Assembly (NCBI GenBank): GCA_036231405.1 | Contig: JAZAHK010000002.1 | Location: forward strand, 1 to 64,000 | Length of the DNA: 64,000 bases | From: Nitrospinota bacterium | GTDB taxonomy: Bacteria > UBA8248 | Reading direction: 5' to 3' | Shown: positions 1 through 9,789 of the stretch, piece after piece | Layout: each line of letters starts with the position of its first letter | Position numbering within the stretch: position 1 is the stretch's first letter | Notes under the pieces: generated by a model | Told to the model about the DNA's origin: nothing | The model's input: only the letters and a program-made list of their open reading frames with translations | The model's database searches: none | Made by a program: the position numbers and the translations under genes

Positions 1-711
1 TGGGTGTATAGCCGCTTTTCCGGTATAGCCTAACAATCTAGCGATTTCTGCATCTTGTCTACATCCGTCGTCATTCTGTAGATCCATATATACCCCATCT
101 GTAGGATGTGGCATTTTTGCAGCACGCGCTTCTAATAAAACTTTACTTCGAGAATAATGCAATGTGTTGCCATCGGGAGTCCATTGTGCACCCAAATCTC
201 TACAAAGATCGGCATCCTCAGCACTTCCTAGATTCACGCCTACAACTCTCTTGGCTGATTTACACAGGTTGTAGCAGTTGTATATCCCAAGTGCACTCTC
301 CATTTGGAGAATGATCCCAATACTATTAACTTCTAGTTTTCTCTCCATCTCTAATTTTGTGATTATTGCATCTGCTTTCCGTACATCGGCTTCTGTCTCA
401 GGCTTTGGAAGAAAAATTCCATCTAATCCTTGGGTTGTAATTTCATCCATATCTTTTCCAAAATGCTCAGAATTAACCTCGTTTACTCTCACAAGAATGA
501 TAGGAGGAGATTCATTGGAGGTTTTATTTTCTTTGATAATTACGCCTACCAATTCTCTTGCTTTAGACTTCATGTCTTCAGAAACTGAATCTTCTAGGTC
601 ATAGAGAGAGGCATCGGAAGGAGAGGTTAAAGACTTCGAAAGCATTTTTTCACTGCTCCCTGGGGTGAATAACATAGATCTTAAAGGGGTGCTTGAATTA
701 ATATGTGCCAT
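1..711 (-). CDS. HpcH/HpaI aldolase / citrate lyase beta-subunit (CitE-like) CoA-ester lyase, 3' end outside window
   Basis: Not in ORF track. Manual translation from ATG at 711 gives MAHINSSTPLRSMLFTPGSSEKMLSKSLTSPSDASLYDLEDSV...ILQMESALG...GSAEDADLCRDLG...DGVYMDL...LGYTGKAAIHP, with CitE motifs RSxLFxPG, DLEDSV and GxxGKxxIHP. Frame stays open to base 1. Confidence 0.88.
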   Translation of the reverse strand, partial: MAHINSSTPLRSMLFTPGSSEKMLSKSLTSPSDASLYDLEDSVSEDMKSKARELVGVIIKENKTSNESPPIILVRVNEVNSEHFGKDMDEITTQGLDGIFLPKPETEADVRKADAIITKLEMERKLEVNSIGIILQMESALGIYNCYNLCKSAKRVVGVNLGSAEDADLCRDLGAQWTPDGNTLHYSRSKVLLEARAAKMPHPTDGVYMDLQNDDGCRQDAEIARLLGYTGKAAIHP

Positions 712-712
712 T

Positions 713-2074
713 TTAAAACTCCAGTTCTTTTAAGTTCATTCGTTCAATATTGTTTTTTATAGTTGTAGCAAAACTTCCAGCGATAGCGCCATCGTTGATC
801 CTATGATCAAAGGTTAATGCTAAACTCATTACCGGTCGAACTCCAATCTCAGTGTCGTTGATTAGCACTACTTTAGGATTTATTTGTCCTGTTCCTACTA
901 TTGACACTTGTGGCGGATTAATTAATGGATTTCCTGATAGTGCCCCGGTGTAACCAAAATTTGTAAGTGTGATAGTTGCGTCGTTAGTCTCTCCAGGGTC
1001 TAATGATTTTGTTTTGGCTCTTTTTGTGACATCTTCTATTTTTTGAGACAGTTCGATGAAAGACAAACTATCCGCATCTCTTAACACAGGGACAATCAGA
1101 CCATCCTTTGTATCCGTTGCAATTCCAAGATTTACGTATCGTTTAATTTCCAAAATTGATTCTTTGTAAATAGCATTAAAAGTCCTGAAGATAGGCATTC
1201 TGATGGCAGAAATTACACCGATAGAAATTATTGTAGTATAACTTAAATTTAAGTTATGTCTGCTTTTGAAATTTTTCTTATTGAGTTCTCTCCAAGTTTG
1301 AATTCTGCTCATATCGACATCAACAAAAAGGGTAACTTGTGGGATTGTCGTTACAGATTTCATGAGATTGGAAGAGATTCTTTTCCTCGTTGGGCTTAAT
1401 TCTTCAAATAGTTCCCTTTTTGGTTCCTTTGTGTCAATTGGAGTAAAATCGATATCTATCAAATCTTTATTAGGTATATGCAGATCTTCTGTTTTGTTAG
1501 TGATTAAATTAGAACTTGTTTTATCTTTTTGAACAAAATCAAGAATGTCTTTTGATGTGATTCTTCCCTTAAACCCTGAGCCGGCTATTATAGATAGTTG
1601 GTCATCGTCTATTTCATATTGTGCAATAAGCTTTCTAACTTTAGGGCTAAGGAAATTTGGTTTTAAGTTTTTCGAAGATTCTTTGGGTTGTTTTTCTTCA
1701 TTTTTTGTTGAGATATTTTTTTCATTTTCTAAATCTAAAGGTGCAACAGGCGCTGACCAGGTTTCGTCGTTGTTAGGTAGAACTGACAGTTCATCCGAAA
1801 CTTCAGTTCCTTGTGCGCTTTGTTGGGTAGGTTTCTCTGTAAGGATAATTCCCAGGATACTACCAACTGGAACAACAGAATCTGACTCTGCGATAATGGT
1901 TTTTAAAACTCCATCGACTGTACTCTCTATCTCAAATTCAACCTTATCACTTTCTGCAGATAAAATTGGGTCTCCTTTTTTTACAGTATCCCCTACACTT
2001 TTTTTCCACGAAAGAATCGTACTTTCATGAACACTTGTCCCCATTCTTGGCATTTGAATTTTTTCTTCAAACAT
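713..2074 (-). CDS. 2-oxoacid dehydrogenase E2, dihydrolipoamide acyltransferase
   Basis: One lipoyl domain (ESDKV), E3/E1-binding domain (SPKVRKL...GSGFKGRITSKD), catalytic TFDHRINDG. Confidence 0.95.
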   Translation of the reverse strand: MFEEKIQMPRMGTSVHESTILSWKKSVGDTVKKGDPILSAESDKVEFEIESTVDGVLKTIIAESDSVVPVGSILGIILTEKPTQQSAQGTEVSDELSVLPNNDETWSAPVAPLDLENEKNISTKNEEKQPKESSKNLKPNFLSPKVRKLIAQYEIDDDQLSIIAGSGFKGRITSKDILDFVQKDKTSSNLITNKTEDLHIPNKDLIDIDFTPIDTKEPKRELFEELSPTRKRISSNLMKSVTTIPQVTLFVDVDMSRIQTWRELNKKNFKSRHNLNLSYTTIISIGVISAIRMPIFRTFNAIYKESILEIKRYVNLGIATDTKDGLIVPVLRDADSLSFIELSQKIEDVTKRAKTKSLDPGETNDATITLTNFGYTGALSGNPLINPPQVSIVGTGQINPKVVLINDTEIGVRPVMSLALTFDHRINDGAIAGSFATTIKNNIERMNLKELEF

Positions 2075-2103
2075 TAGGCATCTAATCTCCTTACAATTTC
2101 TAA

Positions 2104-3102
2104 TTAATATTCTAATAAGTCGCGCAATGCAAATAAGGTTTCTTCTAAACTTGGGAGATATGCTTTTTCTAATGGTGGGCTGAGTGGGACAGGCGTATTG
2201 ATTGCTCCAATTCTTATTATTGGAGCATCTAGATATTCGAATGCTTCCTCTGATATAAGTGACGCGAATTCTCCAGAAATACCACCGTGTTTTCTAGCTT
2301 CATGAAGAAAAAGAACTCTGCCTGTTTTTTTTACAGAGTTGAGAATTGCTTCTTTGTCATAAGGAACAATGGAACGAAGGTCTATCACCTCAACGCTTGC
2401 GCCTTCATCCTCAATCTGATCTGCAGCACTCAGGGCCTGTATAACGGTTGTCCCAAAAGTAATTAGAGAAACATCTTTTCCTTCTCGTAACACTCTAGCT
2501 TCCCCTAGTGGGACAACGTAATCATCCTCTGGGATTTCTAATTTTAAAGGATCAGGAAGATCGGCAGGTGGATAGTTGTAAAATTTTTTGTATTCTATGA
2601 AAACAACTGGATTGTTATCCCTGATAGCAGTTTTCATTAGACCTTTGGCATCATAGGGATTAGATGGAGCGACGATTTTAATACCCGGGGTTCCAAAAAA
2701 CCATATTTCTGGATTTTGACTGTGGAATGGCCCAGCACTTGTAAGAGCAGCAGAAGGCAATCTAAAGACAATAGGAACTGGCCCCATTTTTCTAAAAAAA
2801 TTTCCGGCAGCAAAGTCTACGATCATTTTGAAAGACTCGGTTACAAAATCTGCAAATTGAAATTCGACAACGGGTCTTAATCCTGATAAAGATGAACCGA
2901 TTGCAGAACCTGTAAAGCCCGCTTCACTTAAAGGTGTGTCTACAACTCTTTGAACTCCAAATTTTTCTTGGAAACCTTTTGTAATGTAAAATGCCCCCCC
3001 TCCCAGTCCTATATCCTCTCCGAGAAGATATACATTTTCATCACGCTCCATTTCTTCCCATAGAGCCTCTCGTATAGCATTAGAGTAAGTTTTTTGAGTC
3101 AT
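2104..3102 (-). CDS. 2-oxoacid dehydrogenase E1 beta subunit
   Basis: GEDIG, DTPLSEAGF, EFQFADF, HSQ and EVIDLRS motifs. Confidence 0.95.
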   Translation of the reverse strand: MTQKTYSNAIREALWEEMERDENVYLLGEDIGLGGGAFYITKGFQEKFGVQRVVDTPLSEAGFTGSAIGSSLSGLRPVVEFQFADFVTESFKMIVDFAAGNFFRKMGPVPIVFRLPSAALTSAGPFHSQNPEIWFFGTPGIKIVAPSNPYDAKGLMKTAIRDNNPVVFIEYKKFYNYPPADLPDPLKLEIPEDDYVVPLGEARVLREGKDVSLITFGTTVIQALSAADQIEDEGASVEVIDLRSIVPYDKEAILNSVKKTGRVLFLHEARKHGGISGEFASLISEEAFEYLDAPIIRIGAINTPVPLSPPLEKAYLPSLEETLFALRDLLEY

Positions 3103-3105
3103 TTT

Positions 3106-4218
3106 TTAGTCCGCAAAAATTTCATTTTCCATTTGATCAGGGTTTGGAAACGAGCTTTTTAAAGCAATATCCCTGGCTTGTACTGCAGTTTCCCTTGCTC
3201 TAAGATGAGAATCTTCTAATTCTTCTGGTGTGAAGATTTGAGAATCCATTAACAATTTATCGTACCTTTTTATTGGATCTCGTTCTTCTACCCATTTCTC
3301 TAAAGTTTCCATGTCTGCATAGTCAGAAAATTTGTCATAAACCGAATGCCCTGAAGATCTCATTGTGATACTTTCTATTAGAATGGGTCCTTTTCCTCTC
3401 CTTGCCATATCCAATGCTAAACCACAAATGTAATTTATAAGTAATAGATTTGTCCCATCTACGAGGAAACCTGGAATCCCGTATCCTGTGGATTTTAAAA
3501 CTAGTGATTTGCACGCGTATTGCTTTTCAGGCAATGTCTTATAAGCGTATTGGTTGTTGTCAATGATAACGACGAGAGGAAGTTGTTGAACTGAGGCTAA
3601 GTTGATTCCCTCATGGAAATCACCAGAACTTGTTCCTCCCTCCCCAATATGAGTTAAAACTGCTCTATTAGTATCTCTATACTTTTCAGCCCAAGCCAAG
3701 CCTGTTGCTATCGGGACCATAGTTCCAATATGACTGATCAATTGAGTAATTTTTTTTGGACGGTACCCCATATGAAAATTTCCGTCTCTTCCTTCTGAAG
3801 GACCATCTTTTCTACCAAAGAAATGAGCCATAATGCTCTCAGGTGGGTGGCCTTTTGCAAGATGCGAACCACAATTTCTGTGCATAGGAACTAACCATTC
3901 TTCTTCTGTTAAACAATACGCACTCCCAACACTTGCTCCTTCATTTCCTCGTCCAAAAAAGGCAGTGCCTGGAACATTTCCAGAACGGAAAGCAGAATCT
4001 AAAGTTTCTTCAACTGCTCGTGTCAACGAAAGCAAAAAATGTAATTCGAGTGCGATCTCTTTGCTAGGAATAAATTTTTGAGTGTCAAACTCGTTCCAAT
4101 ACATCCCTAATTGATTGATTTCAAGAAATTGATTTTCTAGATCTTTGAAATAATTGAGATTCTGGAAATCACTTGGGGATGCATCTCTTTTAGTTTGAGA
4201 CATTTCTGGACTGGACAT
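3106..4218 (-). CDS. 2-oxoacid dehydrogenase E1 alpha subunit (branched-chain type-like)
   Basis: TPP-binding motif GEGGTSSGDFHEG...NNQYA and RSSGHS. Start moved to ATG 4218, which follows AAGGA. Confidence 0.92.
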   Translation of the reverse strand: MSSPEMSQTKRDASPSDFQNLNYFKDLENQFLEINQLGMYWNEFDTQKFIPSKEIALELHFLLSLTRAVEETLDSAFRSGNVPGTAFFGRGNEGASVGSAYCLTEEEWLVPMHRNCGSHLAKGHPPESIMAHFFGRKDGPSEGRDGNFHMGYRPKKITQLISHIGTMVPIATGLAWAEKYRDTNRAVLTHIGEGGTSSGDFHEGINLASVQQLPLVVIIDNNQYAYKTLPEKQYACKSLVLKSTGYGIPGFLVDGTNLLLINYICGLALDMARRGKGPILIESITMRSSGHSVYDKFSDYADMETLEKWVEERDPIKRYDKLLMDSQIFTPEELEDSHLRARETAVQARDIALKSSFPNPDQMENEIFAD

Positions 4219-4284
4219 GTTATCCTTGAGGTCTAAATAAAGGCGGTACAAAAAGTCTTTGACAAGGTTTTTAAATTTTTTTCA

Positions 4285-4293
4285 AGTATAGCA
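4285..4293 (-). promoter_or_regulatory. Extended -10 promoter element for the E1a-E1b-E2-citE operon
   Basis: Minus strand reads TGcTATACT about 70 nt upstream of the E1 alpha start. Confidence 0.45.
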
Positions 4294-4397
4294 GAATGAT
4301 TAATGATTTTCTTTGTTTTTTTTAATCTTTGATAAAGAAAGGACGACTTATTTCTTTTAATCTAAACTGTAGTGCATGAAAATTTATTGGAGGTAAT

Positions 4398-5309
4398 GTG
4401 ACGCTTTTAGCAGTTGGTTCAATGGCTATTGATTCAGTTAAGACTCCATTTGGGGAGAGGAGTGAATCAATAGGAGGTTCTGCGACGTATTTTTCAATTT
4501 CTGCCAGCTTTTTCACAGACGTAAGTTTGGTTGCGGTGGTTGGTTCAGATTTTCCGGAAACAGAATTAGAATTCCTCGAATCAAGGAATATAGACTTATC
4601 TGGAGTGGAAATATCCGATGGTAAAACCTTTCGTTGGAAAGGTGAATATCATCAAGATATGAATGTTGCGCACACTTTGGATACTCAACTTAATGTTTTT
4701 CAGAACTTTAAGCCTAAGATTCCTGAAAAATATCAGGATATTGATTATCTTTTTCTAGCAAATATTGATCCGGACTTGCAGATTTCTGTTTTAGACCAGG
4801 TTAGAACTCCTAAACTGGTTGCTTGTGACACCATGAATTTCTGGATAGAAGGTAAGAAGGATTCTTTAATGAAAATTATACATGTAATTGATGTTCTCAT
4901 AATAAATGATGCTGAGTTATGTTCTTTGGCGGATGAAAAGAACATTTTAAGTGCGGCTAAAAAAATTAAGAAATTAGGACTCAACACATTAGTAGTGAAA
5001 CGCGGAGAATTTGGAGCTATTCTTTTTCATGAGGGAGAAATTTTTGCTATACCTGCTTTTCCAATTGAGGATGTTATTGATCCAACGGGAGCAGGGGATA
5101 CGTTTGCCGGAGGTTTTATGGGCTTTTTAGCTCTCAATGGGATGGGTAGAAATAATGTGAGGAATGCAGTTGTTTATGGTAGTGTTATGGCATCCTTTAA
5201 TGTTCAGTCTCTAAGTTTTGACCGTCTTAAAGAATTAACAAAATCTGAGATTTTTGAAAGATATGAAAAATTTTCAAATCTTATCCAATACAAGAGGGTA
5301 CAAGTTTAG
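4398..5309 (+). CDS. PfkB-family carbohydrate/nucleoside kinase
   Basis: GGSATY N-terminal motif, DPTGAGDTFAGG PfkB signature, GTG start after GGAGG. Confidence 0.9.
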   Translation: MTLLAVGSMAIDSVKTPFGERSESIGGSATYFSISASFFTDVSLVAVVGSDFPETELEFLESRNIDLSGVEISDGKTFRWKGEYHQDMNVAHTLDTQLNVFQNFKPKIPEKYQDIDYLFLANIDPDLQISVLDQVRTPKLVACDTMNFWIEGKKDSLMKIIHVIDVLIINDAELCSLADEKNILSAAKKIKKLGLNTLVVKRGEFGAILFHEGEIFAIPAFPIEDVIDPTGAGDTFAGGFMGFLALNGMGRNNVRNAVVYGSVMASFNVQSLSFDRLKELTKSEIFERYEKFSNLIQYKRVQV

Positions 5310-5311
5310 AG

Positions 5312-5857
5312 ATGCGTATAGTGGGAGGGGTTGCTGGAGGAAAACGACTACGTGTTATTGATAATACTAAGGTTCGTCCAACAACAGAACGTGCTAGGGA
5401 AGCGTTGTTCGACATACTGGGTCAGAATTTAGATGGATTATCTTTCTTGGATGTTTGTTCCGGAAGTGGTGCTATCTCTTTTGAGGCCATGAGTAGGGGT
5501 GCTAATTATGTTGTGGCAATTGAGAAAAATAGAATCTCTTGTACCAATATAAAGGAAGTTTCGAAGGAGTTGCAATTAGGAAAAAAAATCGAAGTTTTAC
5601 ATGGAGATGCGAGGATTGTTCTTAAAGATTTAGTTCTTAAGGGAAAAAAATTTGATATAATTTTTTGTGATCCCCCTTGGTCTGATAAAGATCTCGCACT
5701 AGATATATTAGAGTATCTAATCGTTCAAAAAGGGTTCTGGAAGGTCTTTGTTTTTGAGTTTGATAAAAAATTTAAAATCAGTAACTTACCTAGTAAAGTT
5801 TCAGACTCAATAAAAGAAATTAGAAAATATGGGCGTACAAATTTACTTTTTTTTTAA
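5312..5857 (+). CDS. rsmD: 16S rRNA (guanine966-N2)-methyltransferase
   Basis: MRIVGG..GKRL, VRPT..R.REALF, SAM motif LDVCSGSG, DPPW. Confidence 0.92.
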   Translation: MRIVGGVAGGKRLRVIDNTKVRPTTERAREALFDILGQNLDGLSFLDVCSGSGAISFEAMSRGANYVVAIEKNRISCTNIKEVSKELQLGKKIEVLHGDARIVLKDLVLKGKKFDIIFCDPPWSDKDLALDILEYLIVQKGFWKVFVFEFDKKFKISNLPSKVSDSIKEIRKYGRTNLLFF

Positions 5858-5950
5858 TTTTGGTCTCAAAAATTAAAATTTTTCAATTAAATTGTTTAAA
5901 AAAAGTAGTAACAACGTAGAACAAAGGCTTCAAGAGGCGAAAATTTAGTT

Positions 5951-6084
5951 TAACTTATTGAAATATAAGCATTTGTTGGCATTGCTTTGATTTTATGCAA
6001 ACCGTTCTAAGTGCCCGAAACTACTGGGTTTATTTTGCTGTGGCACATGTTTATTCACAGTTTTTTCACAAATTCTGTTGATAT
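5951..6084. promoter_or_regulatory. Cluster of three DnaA-box-like 9-mers with upstream IHF-like sites (DARS-like candidate)
   Basis: TTATTCACA 6051-6059 (+), TTTTTCACA 6062-6070 (+), TGTTGATAT 6076-6084 (inverted). TAACTTATTGAAA at 5951-5963 resembles the IHF site YAANNNNTTGATW. Confidence 0.5.
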
Positions 6085-6104
6085 GATTTTGAAAGGAATT
6101 TTAA

Positions 6105-6866
6105 TTGCTAAAGTTTTTTAATTTAGAAGGGAAATTGGCTCTTATTACTGGAGGCGGTAGCGGACTCGGCCGAACAATGAGTTTAGCTCTATCTGAGGCA
6201 GGTGCGGAAGTTATAGTTGCTGGAAGAAGAATCAATAAATTGGAAAGTGTCGTAAAAGAGATTAATGCGAAGGGCAGAGATGCATTTTCAATAGAACTAG
6301 ATGTGCAAGAAGAGACTAGCATTAAAGAAACTTTAGAAAAAGTTAAGATTATGGACAAGAAGATTGATATTTTAGTTAATAATAGTGGAATAAGTGGGCC
6401 TGCGTGGGCTGTAGAACAAGAAATTGAAGATTGGGATAAAGTGATCAATACAAATTTGAGAGGCACTTTTCTAATGTGTAGGGAAGTTGGAAAGTCAATG
6501 ATTGAGAGAAAAAATGGATCAATAATAAACATTGCATCGGTTGCTGGAATGGTAGGCGTTCAAAAACTTGCTGCATATTCCTCGAGCAAAGGTGGAATTA
6601 TCCAACTTACCAAAACTTTGTCACAAGAATGGGCGAAATTTGGAATTAGAGTGAATGCCCTTGCACCCGGATACTTTTTAACGGATCTCAATAGGGATTT
6701 TTTTTCTACAGAGCTTGGACAAAAAATGATTGAAAATCATATTCCTTTAAATCGGATAGGCCTTGATCATGAACTATCAGGGGCGATTATATTTTTGGCT
6801 AGTGAAGCATCCAGTTTTATGACTGGATCAACTCTTGTCATAGATGGTGGACAAAGTTCACTGTAA
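6105..6866 (+). CDS. SDR-family NAD(P)-dependent oxidoreductase (gluconate 5-dehydrogenase/FabG-like)
   Basis: TGGGSGLG, NNSG, YSSSK catalytic motif, IDGG. Confidence 0.9.
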   Translation: MLKFFNLEGKLALITGGGSGLGRTMSLALSEAGAEVIVAGRRINKLESVVKEINAKGRDAFSIELDVQEETSIKETLEKVKIMDKKIDILVNNSGISGPAWAVEQEIEDWDKVINTNLRGTFLMCREVGKSMIERKNGSIINIASVAGMVGVQKLAAYSSSKGGIIQLTKTLSQEWAKFGIRVNALAPGYFLTDLNRDFFSTELGQKMIENHIPLNRIGLDHELSGAIIFLASEASSFMTGSTLVIDGGQSSL

Positions 6867-6981
6867 ATTTTAAAGTACATTTTAGTTTGGGTTTGACTTA
6901 ATTATATTTTTCTAAGATAAGTTTCACTTTCCTACTTAGAATTTTTTATGTTTTTGGATAGTTTTTTTATGGAGTAGTTTA

Positions 6982-8571
6982 ATGACTGATTCTTCAAACA
7001 AGAAAAAGGGGAACAAAGATACTTCTAAGCGAGTTCGTATTTTTGACACCACCCTGAGAGATGGTGAACAATCCCCAGGTTGTAGTATGGACAGTTTTCA
7101 GAAAGTACAAATAGCCTTGCAATTGGAAAAATTAGGGGTAGATGTGGTGGAGGCAGGGTTTCCTATTGCCTCTAATGACGAATTTGAATCTGTTAAATCA
7201 GTTGCTAAAGCCCTTAAGAAGCCGATAGTTGCTGGTTTGTCCCGCTCAGATAAAGGGGATATTAGTAGATGTTGGGATGCAGTGAGGAATGCTAAGAAAC
7301 CGCGAATACATACCTTTATTGCGACGTCCGACATACATTTGAAGCATAAATTGAAAATCACTAGGGCAGAATTACTGAAAGAGATTCGGGAATCAGTTAG
7401 TTACGCAAGGAAACTTTGCAATGATATTGAGTGGAGCGCTGAAGACGCAACTCGTTCTGACTGGGATTTCCTTGTTGACGCTGTAAAGATAGCAATTGAT
7501 GAAGGTGCATCTACAATTAATCTTCCTGATACAGTAGGATACATTGTTCCAAGTGAGTTTAAAAATTTTTGGGAATATATTTTCGAGAAGATTCCTAATT
7601 ATGAAAATGTTATTTTCAGCGCCCATTGTCATGATGATTTAGGTCTCGCCGTTGCGAATAGTTTAGTTGCGATCGAATCAGGAGTTAGGCAAGTTGAGTG
7701 TACTGTAAATGGTATTGGCGAGAGAGCTGGAAATGCTTCTCTTGAAGAATTAGTTATGGCGCTTTCTACGAGGAAAGATCATTTAGATTTTCAGACTAAT
7801 ATTCGTACACGAGAGATTTATCCAACTAGTAGATTACTTACATCTACAACAGGTGTAAGGGTTCAACCCAATAAGGCTATAGTTGGAAGGAATGCTTTCG
7901 CGCATGAGGCAGGGATTCATCAGCATGGCGTTATATCGAAGGCGATTACCTATGAGATTATGACCCCTAAGTCAGTTGGAAGACCTTCTAATACCCTTGT
8001 CCTAGGGAAACATTCGGGAAGAGCAGGGTTGCGTAAGAGATACGAGCAATTAGGATTTAAATTAGGAAGAGACCAAATTTCAAGTATCTATCCTAACTTC
8101 ACAGATCTTGCGGACAAAAAGAAAGAGGTCTACGACGAGGATCTATTGGCTCTTTTACAAGAAAGCCGTTCAATAGATGGCGAAAATTATTATTACCTGG
8201 AATTTATGCAAGTTACTTCTTCTACTTCTACTCAACCTGCTGCTACAGCTTCGGTAAAACTAAAGGTAGGGAATGAGATTAGTTCGGATGTGGGTCATGG
8301 GAATGGGCCCGTTGATTCAGTTATTAATGCTATTAGTAAAATAGTTGGGATAGATTGCAAACTTGTTGATTTTAGCGTTAGTTCTATCACGCGCGGGAGA
8401 GATGCGATGGCGGAAGTTTATATCACTGTGGAATTCGATGAGAATCTCCAGATTGCAGGCCATAGTTCTAGCCCTGACACAATCGAAGCCGGTGCTAAAG
8501 CTTTTCTGAGTGCGGTCAATAAATATACGTTGTCAAGGAACATGAAGAAACGAAACAACAAAAAGGGTTAG
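6982..8571 (+). CDS. leuA: 2-isopropylmalate synthase
   Basis: DTTLRDGEQ, HTFIATS, HCHDDLG, GERAGN, C-terminal regulatory domain with GNGPVD. Confidence 0.95.
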   Translation: MTDSSNKKKGNKDTSKRVRIFDTTLRDGEQSPGCSMDSFQKVQIALQLEKLGVDVVEAGFPIASNDEFESVKSVAKALKKPIVAGLSRSDKGDISRCWDAVRNAKKPRIHTFIATSDIHLKHKLKITRAELLKEIRESVSYARKLCNDIEWSAEDATRSDWDFLVDAVKIAIDEGASTINLPDTVGYIVPSEFKNFWEYIFEKIPNYENVIFSAHCHDDLGLAVANSLVAIESGVRQVECTVNGIGERAGNASLEELVMALSTRKDHLDFQTNIRTREIYPTSRLLTSTTGVRVQPNKAIVGRNAFAHEAGIHQHGVISKAITYEIMTPKSVGRPSNTLVLGKHSGRAGLRKRYEQLGFKLGRDQISSIYPNFTDLADKKKEVYDEDLLALLQESRSIDGENYYYLEFMQVTSSTSTQPAATASVKLKVGNEISSDVGHGNGPVDSVINAISKIVGIDCKLVDFSVSSITRGRDAMAEVYITVEFDENLQIAGHSSSPDTIEAGAKAFLSAVNKYTLSRNMKKRNNKKG

Positions 8572-8701
8572 TGTAGAACTTGAATGTTATCTTTGATAAT
8601 TTTGTTACCGTTCAAATTAGTTTTAAATTTTTTGACTCCCTTATTTAATTAATAAACCCTGTTGAATACAAAATTTATTTTTTTTAATTTATGGTGTTTA
8701 A

Positions 8702-9778
8702 ATGAAACAGAAGGTCGTTGTAGCCATGAGTGGAGGTGTTGATAGTTCCGTAGCAGCAGCACTTTTGGTTGAAAAAAATTTTGACGTAATTGGTATAGGG
8801 TTGCGTCTTGCTGATCATCATAATATGGTTTCGTCTCATAGAGGATGCTGTGCACCTAGAGATTTAGTGGATGCACGTTCTGTTGCTTCAATTCTTAAAA
8901 TACCTTTCTATGTTATGGATGTAAGGGAATCATTTCGATCTTCTGTAATTGACAAATTTGTCAGTGAATATAGTAGGGGAAGGACTCCTGTTCCATGCGT
9001 CGATTGTAACCAAGTTGTAAAATTTGATTATTTGGCAAAGAGAGCATTTGGTCTTGAAGCAGATTTTCTTGCTACTGGACATTATGCAAAAAGTATTAAT
9101 CACCTTGGAAGAAATACTTTATCTCGTGCTGTAGATAAATCAAAAGATCAAACCTATTTTCTTTTTGGAATGACTCAGTCCCAACTTACTCGTACCATGT
9201 TTCCACTTTCTGATTTAACTAAAGAACGAACTCGAGAAGTAGCGCATTCTTATGGTCTTCCTAATGCAGACAAAGAGGAGAGTCAAGAAATTTGTTTCGT
9301 TCCTAATGATGATTATCGTTCATTTCTTAAGGAGGAAGGGAGAGACGTTGATATCCCAGGTGAAATCGTAGACTTAAAGGGCGAGGTTATTGGGGAACAC
9401 ATTGGTTTTAGGAATTATACCGTGGGACAGCGAAAGGGGTTAGATGTCTTAGGGAATGAACCGAAATATGTTCTTCAGATTATTCCAGATACTCACACTC
9501 TAGTTGTTGGAAACAGAGAAGAACTTTATGAGGATTGTTTCAGGGTGGAAAATGTACATTGGTCAGTACCGATCAAGGAGCACAGTCAAGATTTACTCGT
9601 GCAAGTTCGACATCAGCAAAAGCCTTCGCCCTGTAGTGTTTCTAAATTGCCTAATAAAATCGTTGAAGTAAAGCCTGAAGATCCTAGTTCTTTGGGAGCT
9701 ATTTCTCCTGGTCAAGCTGCTGTTTTCTATGATGGAGACATTCTATACGGTGGTGGTTGGATTGCGAATAAAAATTAA
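8702..9778 (+). CDS. mnmA: tRNA 2-thiouridine(34) synthase
   Basis: AMSGGVDSS PP-loop, ATGHY, KDQTYFL, SQEICF, GQAAVFY. Confidence 0.96.
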   Translation: MKQKVVVAMSGGVDSSVAAALLVEKNFDVIGIGLRLADHHNMVSSHRGCCAPRDLVDARSVASILKIPFYVMDVRESFRSSVIDKFVSEYSRGRTPVPCVDCNQVVKFDYLAKRAFGLEADFLATGHYAKSINHLGRNTLSRAVDKSKDQTYFLFGMTQSQLTRTMFPLSDLTKERTREVAHSYGLPNADKEESQEICFVPNDDYRSFLKEEGRDVDIPGEIVDLKGEVIGEHIGFRNYTVGQRKGLDVLGNEPKYVLQIIPDTHTLVVGNREELYEDCFRVENVHWSVPIKEHSQDLLVQVRHQQKPSPCSVSKLPNKIVEVKPEDPSSLGAISPGQAAVFYDGDILYGGGWIANKN

Positions 9779-9789
9779 TCTTAATAGTT

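Noticed and set aside
108..604. Plus-strand ORFs 108..314 and 278..604
   Set aside because: Antisense shadows of the CitE-like gene on the minus strand.
5858..6104. Replication origin (oriC)
   Set aside because: Only three boxes, no dnaA/dnaN/gidA nearby and no strand-bias switch evident by eye. Kept as a DARS-like candidate; GC skew was not computed.
6867..6981. Leucine attenuator or T-box upstream of leuA
   Set aside because: No Leu-rich leader peptide, T-box motif or terminator hairpin in the 115-bp gap.
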